DNA of 64,000 nt from Deltaproteobacteria bacterium. GTDB taxonomy: Bacteria > Desulfobacterota > Binatia > Binatales > Binataceae. Of the stretch, positions 37,249 through 47,213 are shown in pieces. The DNA lies in assembly GCA_021817345.1 (NCBI GenBank), contig JAKAVC010000099.1, forward strand, positions 18,338-82,337. The letters run 5' to 3'. How positions within the stretch are numbered: position 1 is the first letter of the stretch; every line of letters begins with the position of its first letter. A program made the translations under genes and the position numbers. Below the pieces are notes generated by a model, which saw only the letters and a program-made list of their open reading frames with translations, was not told where the DNA came from and searched no databases.

Positions 37249-38340
37249 CTATCTGGCTTCAGGATACGATCCCAGGACTTTGAGGAAAAGCGTTTTCCGT
37301 TCGAGCGACGCGAGCGCGCGCTTGACGCGCGGATCGTTGCGATGGCCCGCCAGATCGACGAAGAACAGGTATTCCCACGGACGGCCGCGAAGCGGGCGCG
37401 ACTCGATCTTGGTCACATTGATCCGGTTTCGCGCGAACAGGCCGAGCGCCTGGTTGAGCGCGCCGACCCTGTCCGGCACCGCGAACAGCACCGTGGTCTT
37501 GTCGCGGCCGCTGCGCTCCACCGGACGCGCTCCGAGAACCAGAAAGCGCGTCGTGTTCTGCGCGACGTCCTGGATATTCTCCGCGATTATCCTGAGCCCG
37601 TAGGGCTCTGCAGCACTGGCCGAGGCGATAGCCGCGCACGCGGGATCCTCGGCCGCGCGCTGCGCCGCAAGCGCGTTGGAGGCGACCGCTTCGAGTTCGC
37701 ATCCGGAAAAATTCTGCGCGATATATCCCCGGCACTGCCCCAGCGACTGCTGATGCGACACGATCCGGCGCACCGCCGAGCGTTCGCCCGTCCGCGACAG
37801 CATCGCATGACGGATCGGCAGCAGGATTTCGCCGATTATCACCAGCGCGGTGTCGATCAGGAGATCGAGCGTCAGCGTAACCGAACCTTCGGTCGAGTTT
37901 TCGATCGGCACCACGCCGAAATCGGCCCGCCCGCTGCCGGCCGCCTCGAAAACCCCGGCTATCGACGGCTCGGGCACAAACTCAACGCTTGAGCCGAAAC
38001 GGGCGCGCGCCGCCTCGTGCGAATAGGTATGTTCCGGACCGAGGAAGGCGACCCGCGGCATGTGCTCCAGCGAGCGGCAGGCCGAGATTATCTCGGTGAA
38101 GATGCGCGTCAGATGCTCGGCGGAAAGCGGACCGGGGTTTTCCGCGAGGATTCGCTCGATCACCTCGCGCTCGCGCGCCGGATGGTAAACGACGGCGTCC
38201 ATCGAATGCTTGAGCCGGCCGATCTCGACCGCGACCTCGGCGCGTTCGGAGACGAGCCTCAAGATCTCGAGATTGAGCTCGTCAATCCTGGCCCTCAGCG
38301 TTTCGATTGAGTCGGGTTTCCTGGCCGCCTTGGATGACAT
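37249..38340 (-). CDS. pheA: Bifunctional chorismate mutase / prephenate dehydratase (P-protein)
   Basis: An N-terminal CM domain (LRARIDELNLEILRLVSERAEVAVEIGRLK), a PDT domain and a C-terminal ACT domain are present. Confidence 0.85.
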   Translation of the reverse strand: MSSKAARKPDSIETLRARIDELNLEILRLVSERAEVAVEIGRLKHSMDAVVYHPAREREVIERILAENPGPLSAEHLTRIFTEIISACRSLEHMPRVAFLGPEHTYSHEAARARFGSSVEFVPEPSIAGVFEAAGSGRADFGVVPIENSTEGSVTLTLDLLIDTALVIIGEILLPIRHAMLSRTGERSAVRRIVSHQQSLGQCRGYIAQNFSGCELEAVASNALAAQRAAEDPACAAIASASAAEPYGLRIIAENIQDVAQNTTRFLVLGARPVERSGRDKTTVLFAVPDRVGALNQALGLFARNRINVTKIESRPLRGRPWEYLFFVDLAGHRNDPRVKRALASLERKTLFLKVLGSYPEAR

Positions 38341-38354
38341 GCAAGTGCAAATGG

Positions 38355-39272
38355 CTAACTGATTGATTCGCCGTTTTCAACGCGCCGCGACACCAGGAAC
38401 GCCGAGCCCATCGCGGCGAACTTCCGCTCGCGCGCACGGCGAAGCTCGGCCGGAGCGAGCTTCATGAGCCGCTCCAGATGGCGTCTTATCGCGTTGCCCA
38501 GGGTGTGCGCGGCCTGCTCGGGCGCGGTATGGGCGCCGCCCTCGGGCTCGGTTACGATCTCGTCAACCACGCCGAGCGCGAGCAGGTCGGGCGCGGACAG
38601 TTTCAGGACTTCGGCCGCGCGCGTCACGTTTTCCTCGGTCGCTTCGCGCCACAGAATCGCCGCGCATCCTTCGGGCGTTATTACCGAATAGCAGGCGTTC
38701 TCCTGGATCAGCACCGTATTGGCGACACCGAGCGCGAGCGCGCCGCCCGAGCCGCCCTCGCCTATCACGCATGCGACGACCGGGACGCCAAGCCGCACCA
38801 TCGCCTCGAGGTTATGCGCTATCGCCTCGGCCTGGCCGCGTTCCTCGGCGCCCACGCCCGGCTCCGCGCCCTGGGTGTCGATAAAAGTGATGAGCGGAAG
38901 GCCGAAACGGTCGGCCAGCTCGTAAACCCGCGCCGCCTTGCGATAGCCCTCGGGATGCGGCTTGCCGAAGTTGCGCCGGATACGCTCGGCGGTCGAACGG
39001 CCGCGCTGCTGGCCGACGATCGCGACCGGAGTGCGGCCGAGATGCGCAAGTCCGGCGACGATCGCGCCGTCGTCGCCGTAGCGGCGATCGCCGTGAATTT
39101 CGAAGAAATCCTTGAACAAATAATTGACGTAATCGAGCGTCTGCGGACGCGCGGGATTTCTTGCAAGCCGCACCCGCTCGATGGCGCTCGGAGCGGCGGG
39201 CGATTGCGCCGCCCCCCGATGCGATACGGGATCGGCGTGGCGTTCCTTATGATTTCGCGCTTTTGCGGCCAT
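38355..39272 (-). CDS. accA: Acetyl-CoA carboxylase carboxyltransferase subunit alpha
   Basis: ARNPARPQTLDYVNYLF...PLITFIDTQGAEPGVGAEERGQAEAIA. Confidence 0.9.
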   Translation of the reverse strand: MAAKARNHKERHADPVSHRGAAQSPAAPSAIERVRLARNPARPQTLDYVNYLFKDFFEIHGDRRYGDDGAIVAGLAHLGRTPVAIVGQQRGRSTAERIRRNFGKPHPEGYRKAARVYELADRFGLPLITFIDTQGAEPGVGAEERGQAEAIAHNLEAMVRLGVPVVACVIGEGGSGGALALGVANTVLIQENACYSVITPEGCAAILWREATEENVTRAAEVLKLSAPDLLALGVVDEIVTEPEGGAHTAPEQAAHTLGNAIRRHLERLMKLAPAELRRARERKFAAMGSAFLVSRRVENGESIS

Positions 39273-39278
39273 TTCGCT

Positions 39279-40277
39279 TCAGTTCCTTTCCATCGACGGG
39301 GCGGCGAAGAATTCCTCGAATGCACAAGCGGCGCGTTCGCGCGCCTGCTTGTCCTCGACCCACACGACCTCCGGCTCGCGCCGAAACCAGGTGAGCTGGC
39401 GCTTGGCAAGCCGCCGGCTCTCGCGCTTCGCGGCTTCGACCGCCTCTTGAAGTTCCATCTCGCCGCGGACAAAAGCCGCGACCTCGCGGTATCCGATCGT
39501 GCTGAGCGGAGGACGATCGGGATTGTAGCCGCGCGCGAGCAGGGCGCGCACCTCGTCCACCAGTCCCGCTTCGAGCATCGCGTCAAAGCGCCGTTCGATA
39601 GCCTCGTACAGGCGTTTTCGCTCGACGTCGATTCCCACCGTCAGCGTCTCGTACTCGCCCGCGGCGAAGCGATGGCGCTCCTGATGGACGCTTATGGGGA
39701 CTCCGGTCAGCCGGTAAACTTCGAGGGCGCGGGTGATCCGGTAAAGATCGTTGCGCTGGATACGCGACGCGGCCACGGCGTCGACCTCGGCGAGCCGGTC
39801 GTGCAGGAAGCCGATTCCGCGCTCGGCCGCAAGCGCCTTAAGTTCGCGCCTGAGTTCAGGCGAGGCCGGCGGCCCGCTGAAAATCCCTTCGCGCAGCACG
39901 CGCAGATAAAGCCCGCTTCCGCCGACAACCAGGATTCGCCTGCCACGCCCGGCGATATCCGCTATCGCCTCGCGCGCCATCGCAACGAACGCGGCCACGT
40001 CGACCGGCTCGTCCGGCGAGCGAACGTCTATAAGATGATGCCTCACGCGGCGGCGCTCTTCGGGCGAGGGCTTCGCCGTTCCGATATCCATCCCGCGGTA
40101 GAGCTGGCGCGAGTCGGCATTCACGATTTCGGCGCCGATTCGCTCCGCCACGTCGAGCGCAAGCGCGGTTTTGCCCGAGCCGGTCGGGCCCACGATGAAT
40201 CCCACGCGAAGTCGCGCCCCTGCGCCCGCACGCTCGCGGGCCGCGCCGGGTTCCGCCGTCGCCAGAGACCCTTTCAC
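39279..40277 (-). CDS. miaA: tRNA dimethylallyltransferase
   Basis: GPTGSGKTALALDVAERIGAEIVNADSRQLYRGMDIGTAKPS. Its stop overlaps the mutL start region. Confidence 0.85.
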   Translation of the reverse strand: MKGSLATAEPGAARERAGAGARLRVGFIVGPTGSGKTALALDVAERIGAEIVNADSRQLYRGMDIGTAKPSPEERRRVRHHLIDVRSPDEPVDVAAFVAMAREAIADIAGRGRRILVVGGSGLYLRVLREGIFSGPPASPELRRELKALAAERGIGFLHDRLAEVDAVAASRIQRNDLYRITRALEVYRLTGVPISVHQERHRFAAGEYETLTVGIDVERKRLYEAIERRFDAMLEAGLVDEVRALLARGYNPDRPPLSTIGYREVAAFVRGEMELQEAVEAAKRESRRLAKRQLTWFRREPEVVWVEDKQARERAACAFEEFFAAPSMERN

Positions 40278-42151
40278 CGCCGGAACATCCGTTCGATCTG
40301 TCCGCGTGCGAACCTGATGTGGACCGGGCGGCCGTGCGGGCAGTTGGTCTTGAACTCGGTGCGGTCGAGTTGCGCGAGCAGTTCGCGCATCTCGCGCTCC
40401 TCAAGCGCGCGGCCGACTCTGACCGAACCGTGGCAGGCCATCTGCTTCAGGAGATCCTCGAACGCGCCGTCGCGTCCGGGACGAAACCCGCTCTCGCCCA
40501 TGCCGTCGATCATATCAGATAGCAGGCGCGCGCCGCCTTCGGCCGCGAAGACCGCGGGTACTCCCTTGAGCACCAGAGTTGCCGGACCGAACGGTTCGAC
40601 GTCGAAGCCGATCGCGTGCAACTCCGAAAGCGAAGCCTGAACCGCCGAGGCGCGCGCCGGGTTGAGTTCCACCGTAACCGGCGCGAGCATCGCCTGGACC
40701 TGGATTCCGCCGTTTTTGAACTCCGCGCGAAGCTTTTCGAACGTCACCCGCTCGTGCGCCGCATGCTGATCAACCAGCAGTATGCCGTCCTCGTCTTCGA
40801 GCGCGATATAGCCGGCGAAGACCTGTCCAAGTATCCGAAGCTCGGAATAAACCGGAATGGCGCGCTCGCGCGGCGAATCGAGCTCTGGACGATTCGCGTA
40901 GCCGAGATTGAGCGGCCGTTGGCTCGCAAACGTGGCGGAGGGCGAATCGGCGACCAGCCGAAGCGGCCGGTCCACGGCGTCGACGGTATCTCCCGTCGGC
41001 CGATACGCGGTGGCCTCAGGCGGCCTCGGAGCTTCGGATTGAGCCGCTACCGCGCTTGCGCCCTGAGCGGCGCCGGCCGTATCGGGCTCGAGTGCCGACC
41101 CGGACGCGGCGGGCGCCGACCCGCCTGACAACGACGGGCGCGACTCGCGCCGCGAGGTCTGGTCGGCAAGCCGCTCGCGAAGGGCGTGATAGACCACCTC
41201 GAACAACGCGCCGGGATTTCGGAACCGGACCTCGGTCTTCATCGGATGAACGTTCACATCGACATCCTCATGGCGGATTTCGACGAACAGGAAGACCGCG
41301 GGATGGCGTCCGCGCGGGATTGTGGTCTCGTAGGCCTGCGCGATCGCGCGCGCGAGCATCTTGTCCCGCACCCATCGCCCGTTGACGAACGCGAAGATCA
41401 TCCGCGCGCTCGCGAACGACTCCTGGCTCGTTATCGCAAACCCGCTCACCCTGATTCCCGGGCGCGACGCCTCAAACGGCAGCATCGCGGCCGCAAGCTT
41501 CGGCCCGAACACCTGGCGGATGCGTTCGAGCGAATTGCTCGCGCGGGTCAGCGAGAGAAGTTCGCGCCCGTCGGCGGTGAGCGTAAACGAAATCGAATGG
41601 TTGGCGAGCGCGAGCCGCTGTATCACTTCGGCCACCGCGCTCTTCTCGGCCGCCTCGCTCTTCATGAACTTGAGCCGGGCGGGAGTGTTGAAGAAAAGGT
41701 CGCGCGCCTCGATTCGGGTGCCCGCCGCGATCGCGCACGCCCGCTCCTCCTGGATATCACCGCCGCTCAGCAGCAGCTCGACGCCGCCTGGATCTTCAGG
41801 ACGGCGGGTCTTGAGCGCGAGATGCGACACGCTTGCGATCGAGGCCAAGGCCTCGCCGCGAAAGCCGAGCGTGCGGATCGCAACCAGGTCCGAAGCGCCG
41901 CGAATCTTCGAGGTCGCGTGACGCCTGACCGAGAGAATCGCGTCTTCGCGGCCCATCCCGCATCCGTCGTCAACCACCGAGATGAGGCCGAGGCCGCCGC
42001 GCTCGATCTCGACCGCAATCGAACGCGAGCCGGCGTCGAGCGAATTCTCGACCAGTTCCTTGACCGCGGAGGCGGGACGCTCCACGACTTCGCCCGCGGC
42101 AATCTGGCTTGCGACCTGCTCGGGCAGAATGTGGATGAATCGCTCAGCCAT
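40274..42151 (-). CDS. mutL: DNA mismatch repair protein MutL
   Basis: The GHKL ATPase N-terminus is IHILPEQVASQIAAGEVVERPASAVKELVENSLDAGS, followed by the C-terminal dimerisation domain. The start was chosen at MAERFIHIL (ATG 42151). Confidence 0.9.
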   Translation of the reverse strand: MAERFIHILPEQVASQIAAGEVVERPASAVKELVENSLDAGSRSIAVEIERGGLGLISVVDDGCGMGREDAILSVRRHATSKIRGASDLVAIRTLGFRGEALASIASVSHLALKTRRPEDPGGVELLLSGGDIQEERACAIAAGTRIEARDLFFNTPARLKFMKSEAAEKSAVAEVIQRLALANHSISFTLTADGRELLSLTRASNSLERIRQVFGPKLAAAMLPFEASRPGIRVSGFAITSQESFASARMIFAFVNGRWVRDKMLARAIAQAYETTIPRGRHPAVFLFVEIRHEDVDVNVHPMKTEVRFRNPGALFEVVYHALRERLADQTSRRESRPSLSGGSAPAASGSALEPDTAGAAQGASAVAAQSEAPRPPEATAYRPTGDTVDAVDRPLRLVADSPSATFASQRPLNLGYANRPELDSPRERAIPVYSELRILGQVFAGYIALEDEDGILLVDQHAAHERVTFEKLRAEFKNGGIQVQAMLAPVTVELNPARASAVQASLSELHAIGFDVEPFGPATLVLKGVPAVFAAEGGARLLSDMIDGMGESGFRPGRDGAFEDLLKQMACHGSVRVGRALEEREMRELLAQLDRTEFKTNCPHGRPVHIRFARGQIERMFRR

Positions 42152-42307
42152 CGTGGCGCGCCTGCTCGGATAGACAATGCAGCCTTCGGGCGTGATACTC
42201 AAGCGTTCCGGGGCGCGCGGCCGGATCGGGTTTGGGGCGTTTCGTGAGCCGGACACCGGCCGAAATGGAATCAATCGGGGTTCTGCGAGACGCGGAGTTT
42301 CCTAACG

Positions 42308-43546
42308 ATGAAGAACGGGTTGGTTGCGATGCTGGTCGCGGCGGCGGCGCTTGCGATTCTGGCGTCGTCGGCTGCGGTTGCCGGCGAGATCCGGATTGGA
42401 GTCGGTTCGGTCGGCCCGATCTCGCCCGAGGGCGAATACCGGATACAGCGGGTGGTCGGATCGATTCCCAATATCGACGTGGTGCCTATCGTGCCGCCCG
42501 GCGGAATCGATGCGTGCGTAAAGAGGTTCGTCGCGGGCGAGGCGGACGACAGGCTCGATGGGGTGCTGGTCGTCAGCGTGCCGACGGGATCGTTCAAGGC
42601 GGTGCGCGGCAGCAGGGAGGCCACCTTCAGCGGGACCTACCGAATCTGGCTGCTCAACCTGTCAACGCTTGAGGAAGACAGCCATGAATTCACCTTCCAG
42701 GACGAGGAGCCGGTGGTGAGCGGACTCTCGGCGGTCTTCGCGATGCCGGCCGACCTGCTCTCGGAGCGCTCGGGGCACGGCAGGCTCGTTTCGAGCAATG
42801 TCTACCAGGCCTACGAATCAATTCAGTCGCGGGTTGAAGGAAAAATGGTCGCCGCAACCAGGCTCTATCTCGCGACCTCGCCAATCCGGCAGATTGGACC
42901 GCTCAATGCGCTCGAATGCGCCCATAGGCTGGTCGAACGCGGAGACGCCGAGACCGCGATGGCGGTGTTCAAGAGCATGGGCGTCGATAATCCGCAGGTG
43001 AAGGCGATGATGGCAAGGGCGCGCGAGAAGCTGCTGCGCGCCGAGGCGCAAAAGCTGCTCGGCCAGAGCCTGGGCGCGCTCGCAGGCGGCAATCCCGAGC
43101 AGGCGCGCACGCTCGTCGAGGCGTATGCCAAGGCGCCAGCCGCCGATCCGTCGCAGGCACAGGCGGTGCGAGAGGCGCTCGCGTCTTTCTCGCCGCCCGC
43201 CGCGAAGACCTCGCTCGATACGCTGCTCAAACACGACGTTCCCGCCCTAGACCACGCCGCGTTCGTCGCGATGATCGAACAAATATTCAGCGACGGGACC
43301 GGAACCAGGGCTCCCATCGTGCAAACCGGCGCCTCGCAGGTCAGCGTGGAGGACGGCGGAGCGCCGAGCGGCCTCAAAACCCAGCTTGACGCCTACGCGC
43401 ACGCGATTGGAGAAAGCGCTCGGCTGATGAGCCTTAGATGCGGCTGCGCGGCGACCGCCGTCCTGACGGGTCAGGAGGCCGGGCAACCGCTGCTGAGGGC
43501 GCGCTTCCAATCCTCTTTCAAGAGGCCTGAGGTCGGGCTACCCTAG
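42308..43546 (+). CDS. Secreted hypothetical protein (signal peptide, helical Ala-rich C-terminal half)
   Basis: A signal peptide MKNGLVAMLVAAAALAILASSAAVAGE is present. It is 412 aa and I recognise no catalytic motif. Confidence 0.5.
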   Translation: MKNGLVAMLVAAAALAILASSAAVAGEIRIGVGSVGPISPEGEYRIQRVVGSIPNIDVVPIVPPGGIDACVKRFVAGEADDRLDGVLVVSVPTGSFKAVRGSREATFSGTYRIWLLNLSTLEEDSHEFTFQDEEPVVSGLSAVFAMPADLLSERSGHGRLVSSNVYQAYESIQSRVEGKMVAATRLYLATSPIRQIGPLNALECAHRLVERGDAETAMAVFKSMGVDNPQVKAMMARAREKLLRAEAQKLLGQSLGALAGGNPEQARTLVEAYAKAPAADPSQAQAVREALASFSPPAAKTSLDTLLKHDVPALDHAAFVAMIEQIFSDGTGTRAPIVQTGASQVSVEDGGAPSGLKTQLDAYAHAIGESARLMSLRCGCAATAVLTGQEAGQPLLRARFQSSFKRPEVGLP

Positions 43547-43576
43547 AGGGCTCATTCAAAGCCGAGAGATTGACCA

Positions 43577-43768
43577 ATGAGACAGTGTGCCATCTGCGGA
43601 AAGCATAACTCGACCGGCAACAACGTCAGCCACGCAAACAACAAGACCAAGCGGCGATGGCAGCCGAACCTGCAGGAAGTGCGCGCGGCTACCGAGGGCG
43701 GCGGCGTGAAGCGGATTCTGGTCTGCACGCGATGCCTTAGAAGCGGCAGGGTGAAGAAAGTCGCCTGA
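43577..43768 (+). CDS. rpmB: 50S ribosomal protein L28
   Basis: [33 protein letters not shown] matches the bL28 N-terminal consensus. Confidence 0.85.
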   Translation: MRQCAICGKHNSTGNNVSHANNKTKRRWQPNLQEVRAATEGGGVKRILVCTRCLRSGRVKKVA

Positions 43769-44020
43769 CACCGGGGGCGCAACGCTCGTACCGCTTCGCC
43801 GGTTCGCCCACCTGGCTATCGCGGGCGCGATTCCATCGCTTTCAGTGTAACGTTGCGGAATAAGCTCGGCGTTTCGGATGCCGCGCCTGGTTCTCGCGCG
43901 CACTCCTGGTCCAAGTGAACGGGTGCGGGCTTTGGTTCCGGTTCTCCAGGAACCGAGTATTTTCCCGTTCCAGGTGGGGGACCAGATGCGATGCTTCGCG
44001 GCGCGGAACTTCTCGCGTCT

Positions 44021-46780
44021 CTAATCGCCCGCCGAGTCCGGCGCGCCCTGCCCGAGCTTGTTGCCAAGCTTTTGCATCTCGCTGCCAAAGGTGGACCAGT
44101 CGCCAGCCTTGAGCGCCTCGATCGCTCGATTGTAGTAACCGGCCGCCTCCCGCAGGTCCGCGGGAGGCGGCGCGCTGCGGGCAATCGCCTTCGGTGTCGT
44201 GGGCGCAACCTTCGCTATCGTCGGCGCAGCCGGCCCCGCCGGCATTGTGAACAGCGCGTTAAGCGTCGAACTGAGCGTCTGACCCATGACCACCTGGTCG
44301 CTGTATGACGCGATTACACGCTGAAGCTCGGGCAATTGCCCGTTCTCGGCGCGCAGGTAAAGCGGCTCAACATAGAGCAGCGAATCCTCGATGGGAATGA
44401 CGAGCAGGTTTCCCAGCACCACCTTGGAACCCATCTGGTTCCACAGCGAGAGCTGGCGCGAGATGTCGGGACTCTGATTGATGCGCGCCTGGATCTGATA
44501 GGGACCGTAAAACAGCCGGTCCTTCGAGAATTCGTATTCGAACAGATGGCCGTAGTCGCTCCCGTCGCATCGCGCCGCCAGCCACGCGATCATGTTGTCG
44601 CGTCCCTGCGGCACCATCGGAAGCATCAGCATGTACTCTTCATGCTTCTCCCCGGGCAGCCGCATGATCACGTAATACGGCTGCATCGGGACCGTTTCGC
44701 CCTGGTAATTCTCGCGCGGGAAATTCCACTGGTCCTCTCGGTTATAGAAGACCTGCGGATCGGTCATGTGGTAGATGCGGTAGATGTCGGCCTGGACGAG
44801 AAACATGTCCTCGGGGTAGCGGATATGCGCGCGCAACCCGTCGGGCATCATGGCGAGCGGCTTGAACAGGGTCGGGAAGATCCGCTCCCAGGTCTGGATT
44901 ATCGGGTCGGTCGGGTCCGCGACGTAAAGGGTGACCGTGCCGTTGTAGGCATCCACGACCGCCTTGATGGAGTTGCGGATATAGTTGATACCGTCGGGAT
45001 TGCGCTGCGAATAGGGATACTCGTTGCTGGTCGTGTAGCCGTCCACGATCCAGAACAGCCGTCCGCCGATGGTCACGATATACGGGTCGTGGTCCAACGT
45101 CAGGAACGGCGCAAGCGTGGAGACGCGCTCCATTATATTGCGCCGTATCATGATGCGGCTTTTGGCGATGATATTCCCGGTGAGGAGAAGATTGATGTCG
45201 CGATAGTAGTACGAAAAGAGCAACCTGCGGAAAAATCCGCTGACCGGCACTCCGCCCGTGCCCTTGTAGAACGCGAACGCGTTGTCGGCGCCGATCGGAT
45301 AGTCGAACTCGGGCGTCGCCCCGTCAACCACGCAGTATACCGGGCTTCCCTCGCCGAAATAGATCGCGGGTTGCTTTATCTTGATACCCACGTCGGAGTC
45401 GGCCGGAATATCCTTTACATAGAAGATCGGCAGGCCTTCGGAGTCCTTCTTGTTGACCGGACTCATCACGATCCCGCTTCCGTGGGTGAACTTGAGATGG
45501 CGGTTAACCCAGGTCTGCGCGTTCTGCGGGAGCAGGTCCACGTTGAGCTCGCGCGCCGACAGCATCACCTCGGTGTACTGTCCGTTTATCCAGTAGCGGT
45601 CGATGTCAACGTCCTTGAAATTGTAGTAGAGGCGGATTTCCTGGAGCTGGCGATAAGTCGCAAGCAGCGGCCGGGGATCCCAGAGCCGGATGTTCTTGAT
45701 GGTCGGCTCGTCTTGCGTGAGCGAGGTGGGCGTGAGCTTTCCTTTCCCGCCAAAGCTCTTCACGTCGAACTTGTTGACGTCGTAGGCTTGCCGCGTCATC
45801 TGGATATTGCGCTCGATATAGGGCTTTTCGATCCGAAGCTCGTCCGGCTTGACCCATAGCCTCTCGATAACCGGCGCGGCGAAGCTCAGCAGCAGAGACG
45901 GCCCGAAGACGATCACGAAAGCCAGCGCCGGAAGCCTGATCCCGCGCTCTCTTACGTTTGCGACGCATAACCCGGCGGCGACGATCGAGAGCGCGATCAG
46001 CACCCACAATCCCGGTTGCCACAATACGTGATCGACGTAGCGCAGTCCGAAGACCACCCCGTTGCCGTGCAGCAGAAGGTCGTAGCGCGAGATCCAGTAG
46101 CTCATCGCGCGCTGCAAAAAGAAAATTCCGACCAGCACCGAAAGATGCGCCGCCGCGCCCGAGCCTATCCGCGGGGGCGACTCGCGAAAATCAAGCGCCC
46201 CGCGTATCCAGTAGATTCCTCCCGCCATCGCGGCCGCCAGAAACAGGATGAGCAGGAAGAGATCGCGCAGATCGCCAAGCAGCGGAAGCGCAAATACATA
46301 AAATCCGACGTCGCGGCCGAAGGCGTGATCGCTCACGTGAAACGGCAACGCGTAAAACGCCTTCAGATACGTGGCCCATCCCGCGGCTTCGCCCTGCGCC
46401 GGCAGGATCGCGAGCACCGCCGCGATTATCAGCGCGAGCAGCCGCCACGGAATCCGATCGCTGAACGCGCGAATCAGCTCGGGCAGGTTTATCTCGGTCA
46501 CCTCGTCGTGCCGGCGCACGACGTGGAGCCTTTCGCGCTCCTGGCTCTGCCCAAGCGCGACCAGCGCGTTTACAGCGATCGTCACGAACGCGACCACCCA
46601 TACCACGGTGAAGATCGAGACCTGGGCGGCGACGATTCGCTTGAAGACGTCGCGATAGCCGAGCGAAGTAAACCACAGAAAATCGACGAAGAACTGATCC
46701 GCGGTGCCAAGGACGATGAGCGCGGCGATTACAATCGCCGCGATTCCGAACAGGATAAGCCGCGAGCGCATCCGTGTCAT
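44021..46780 (-). CDS. UPF0182-family large integral membrane protein
   Basis: It is 919 aa, with an N-terminal multi-TM region (FFVDFLWFTSLGYRDVF) and a large extracytoplasmic domain, matching the UPF0182 layout. Confidence 0.8.
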   Translation of the reverse strand: MTRMRSRLILFGIAAIVIAALIVLGTADQFFVDFLWFTSLGYRDVFKRIVAAQVSIFTVVWVVAFVTIAVNALVALGQSQERERLHVVRRHDEVTEINLPELIRAFSDRIPWRLLALIIAAVLAILPAQGEAAGWATYLKAFYALPFHVSDHAFGRDVGFYVFALPLLGDLRDLFLLILFLAAAMAGGIYWIRGALDFRESPPRIGSGAAAHLSVLVGIFFLQRAMSYWISRYDLLLHGNGVVFGLRYVDHVLWQPGLWVLIALSIVAAGLCVANVRERGIRLPALAFVIVFGPSLLLSFAAPVIERLWVKPDELRIEKPYIERNIQMTRQAYDVNKFDVKSFGGKGKLTPTSLTQDEPTIKNIRLWDPRPLLATYRQLQEIRLYYNFKDVDIDRYWINGQYTEVMLSARELNVDLLPQNAQTWVNRHLKFTHGSGIVMSPVNKKDSEGLPIFYVKDIPADSDVGIKIKQPAIYFGEGSPVYCVVDGATPEFDYPIGADNAFAFYKGTGGVPVSGFFRRLLFSYYYRDINLLLTGNIIAKSRIMIRRNIMERVSTLAPFLTLDHDPYIVTIGGRLFWIVDGYTTSNEYPYSQRNPDGINYIRNSIKAVVDAYNGTVTLYVADPTDPIIQTWERIFPTLFKPLAMMPDGLRAHIRYPEDMFLVQADIYRIYHMTDPQVFYNREDQWNFPRENYQGETVPMQPYYVIMRLPGEKHEEYMLMLPMVPQGRDNMIAWLAARCDGSDYGHLFEYEFSKDRLFYGPYQIQARINQSPDISRQLSLWNQMGSKVVLGNLLVIPIEDSLLYVEPLYLRAENGQLPELQRVIASYSDQVVMGQTLSSTLNALFTMPAGPAAPTIAKVAPTTPKAIARSAPPPADLREAAGYYNRAIEALKAGDWSTFGSEMQKLGNKLGQGAPDSAGD

Positions 46781-47094
46781 TCGCCGTGCGCGATTCTGGC
46801 CACGTGCTCGCGGACCACGTCAGGAGGGCATAACCACACGAACAGCTTGAGCGCCAGGTAGCCGGCAAGCAGCCAGTCGAGTTCGCCGATAACAGGTACG
46901 AAATCCAGTTCAATCGCGGGTGGTGTGAACATCAGCATCAGGCACAGGAACGGAACCATCTTGGTGACGAGCGATACCCGCTCGTCCTTCATCAGGCGGT
47001 AGAAGACGCGGGCGAACTGCGGCAGATACGCGACCAGCCCGCCAATGCGCGCGGGCGTAAGCAGTTGCATCCGCAGAATCGATCGGAACATCAA
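46777..47094 (-). CDS. DUF1232 (YkvA-like) small membrane protein
   Basis: DFVPVIGELDWLLAGYLAL is the characteristic DUF1232 motif. An ATGA overlap joins it to the upstream gene. Confidence 0.6.
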   Translation of the reverse strand: MMFRSILRMQLLTPARIGGLVAYLPQFARVFYRLMKDERVSLVTKMVPFLCLMLMFTPPAIELDFVPVIGELDWLLAGYLALKLFVWLCPPDVVREHVARIAHGE

Positions 47095-47213
47095 TTTGCC
47101 CTTCGGACGCCCATTCTAGCACAGCACCACTTGCACTTTGCCAGACTTGGACAAAGACGCGACGCCGCGTTTTTCTGGTAAAGTGAATTCAGCACACGGG
47201 GAGGCCGGTTATC

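Noticed and set aside
38478-40640. 720-aa plus-strand ORF spanning accA-miaA-mutL
   Set aside because: It crosses three well-supported minus-strand genes. It is a classic high-GC long shadow ORF.
43930-43975. Possible rho-independent terminator after rpmB (GGTTCC...GGAACC plus TATTTT)
   Set aside because: The stem is only 5-6 bp with a 9-nt loop, the T-tract is weak, and it lies 165 nt beyond the stop. This is not convincing.
44336-45859. 507-aa plus-strand ORF opposite the UPF0182 gene
   Set aside because: Antisense artefact.
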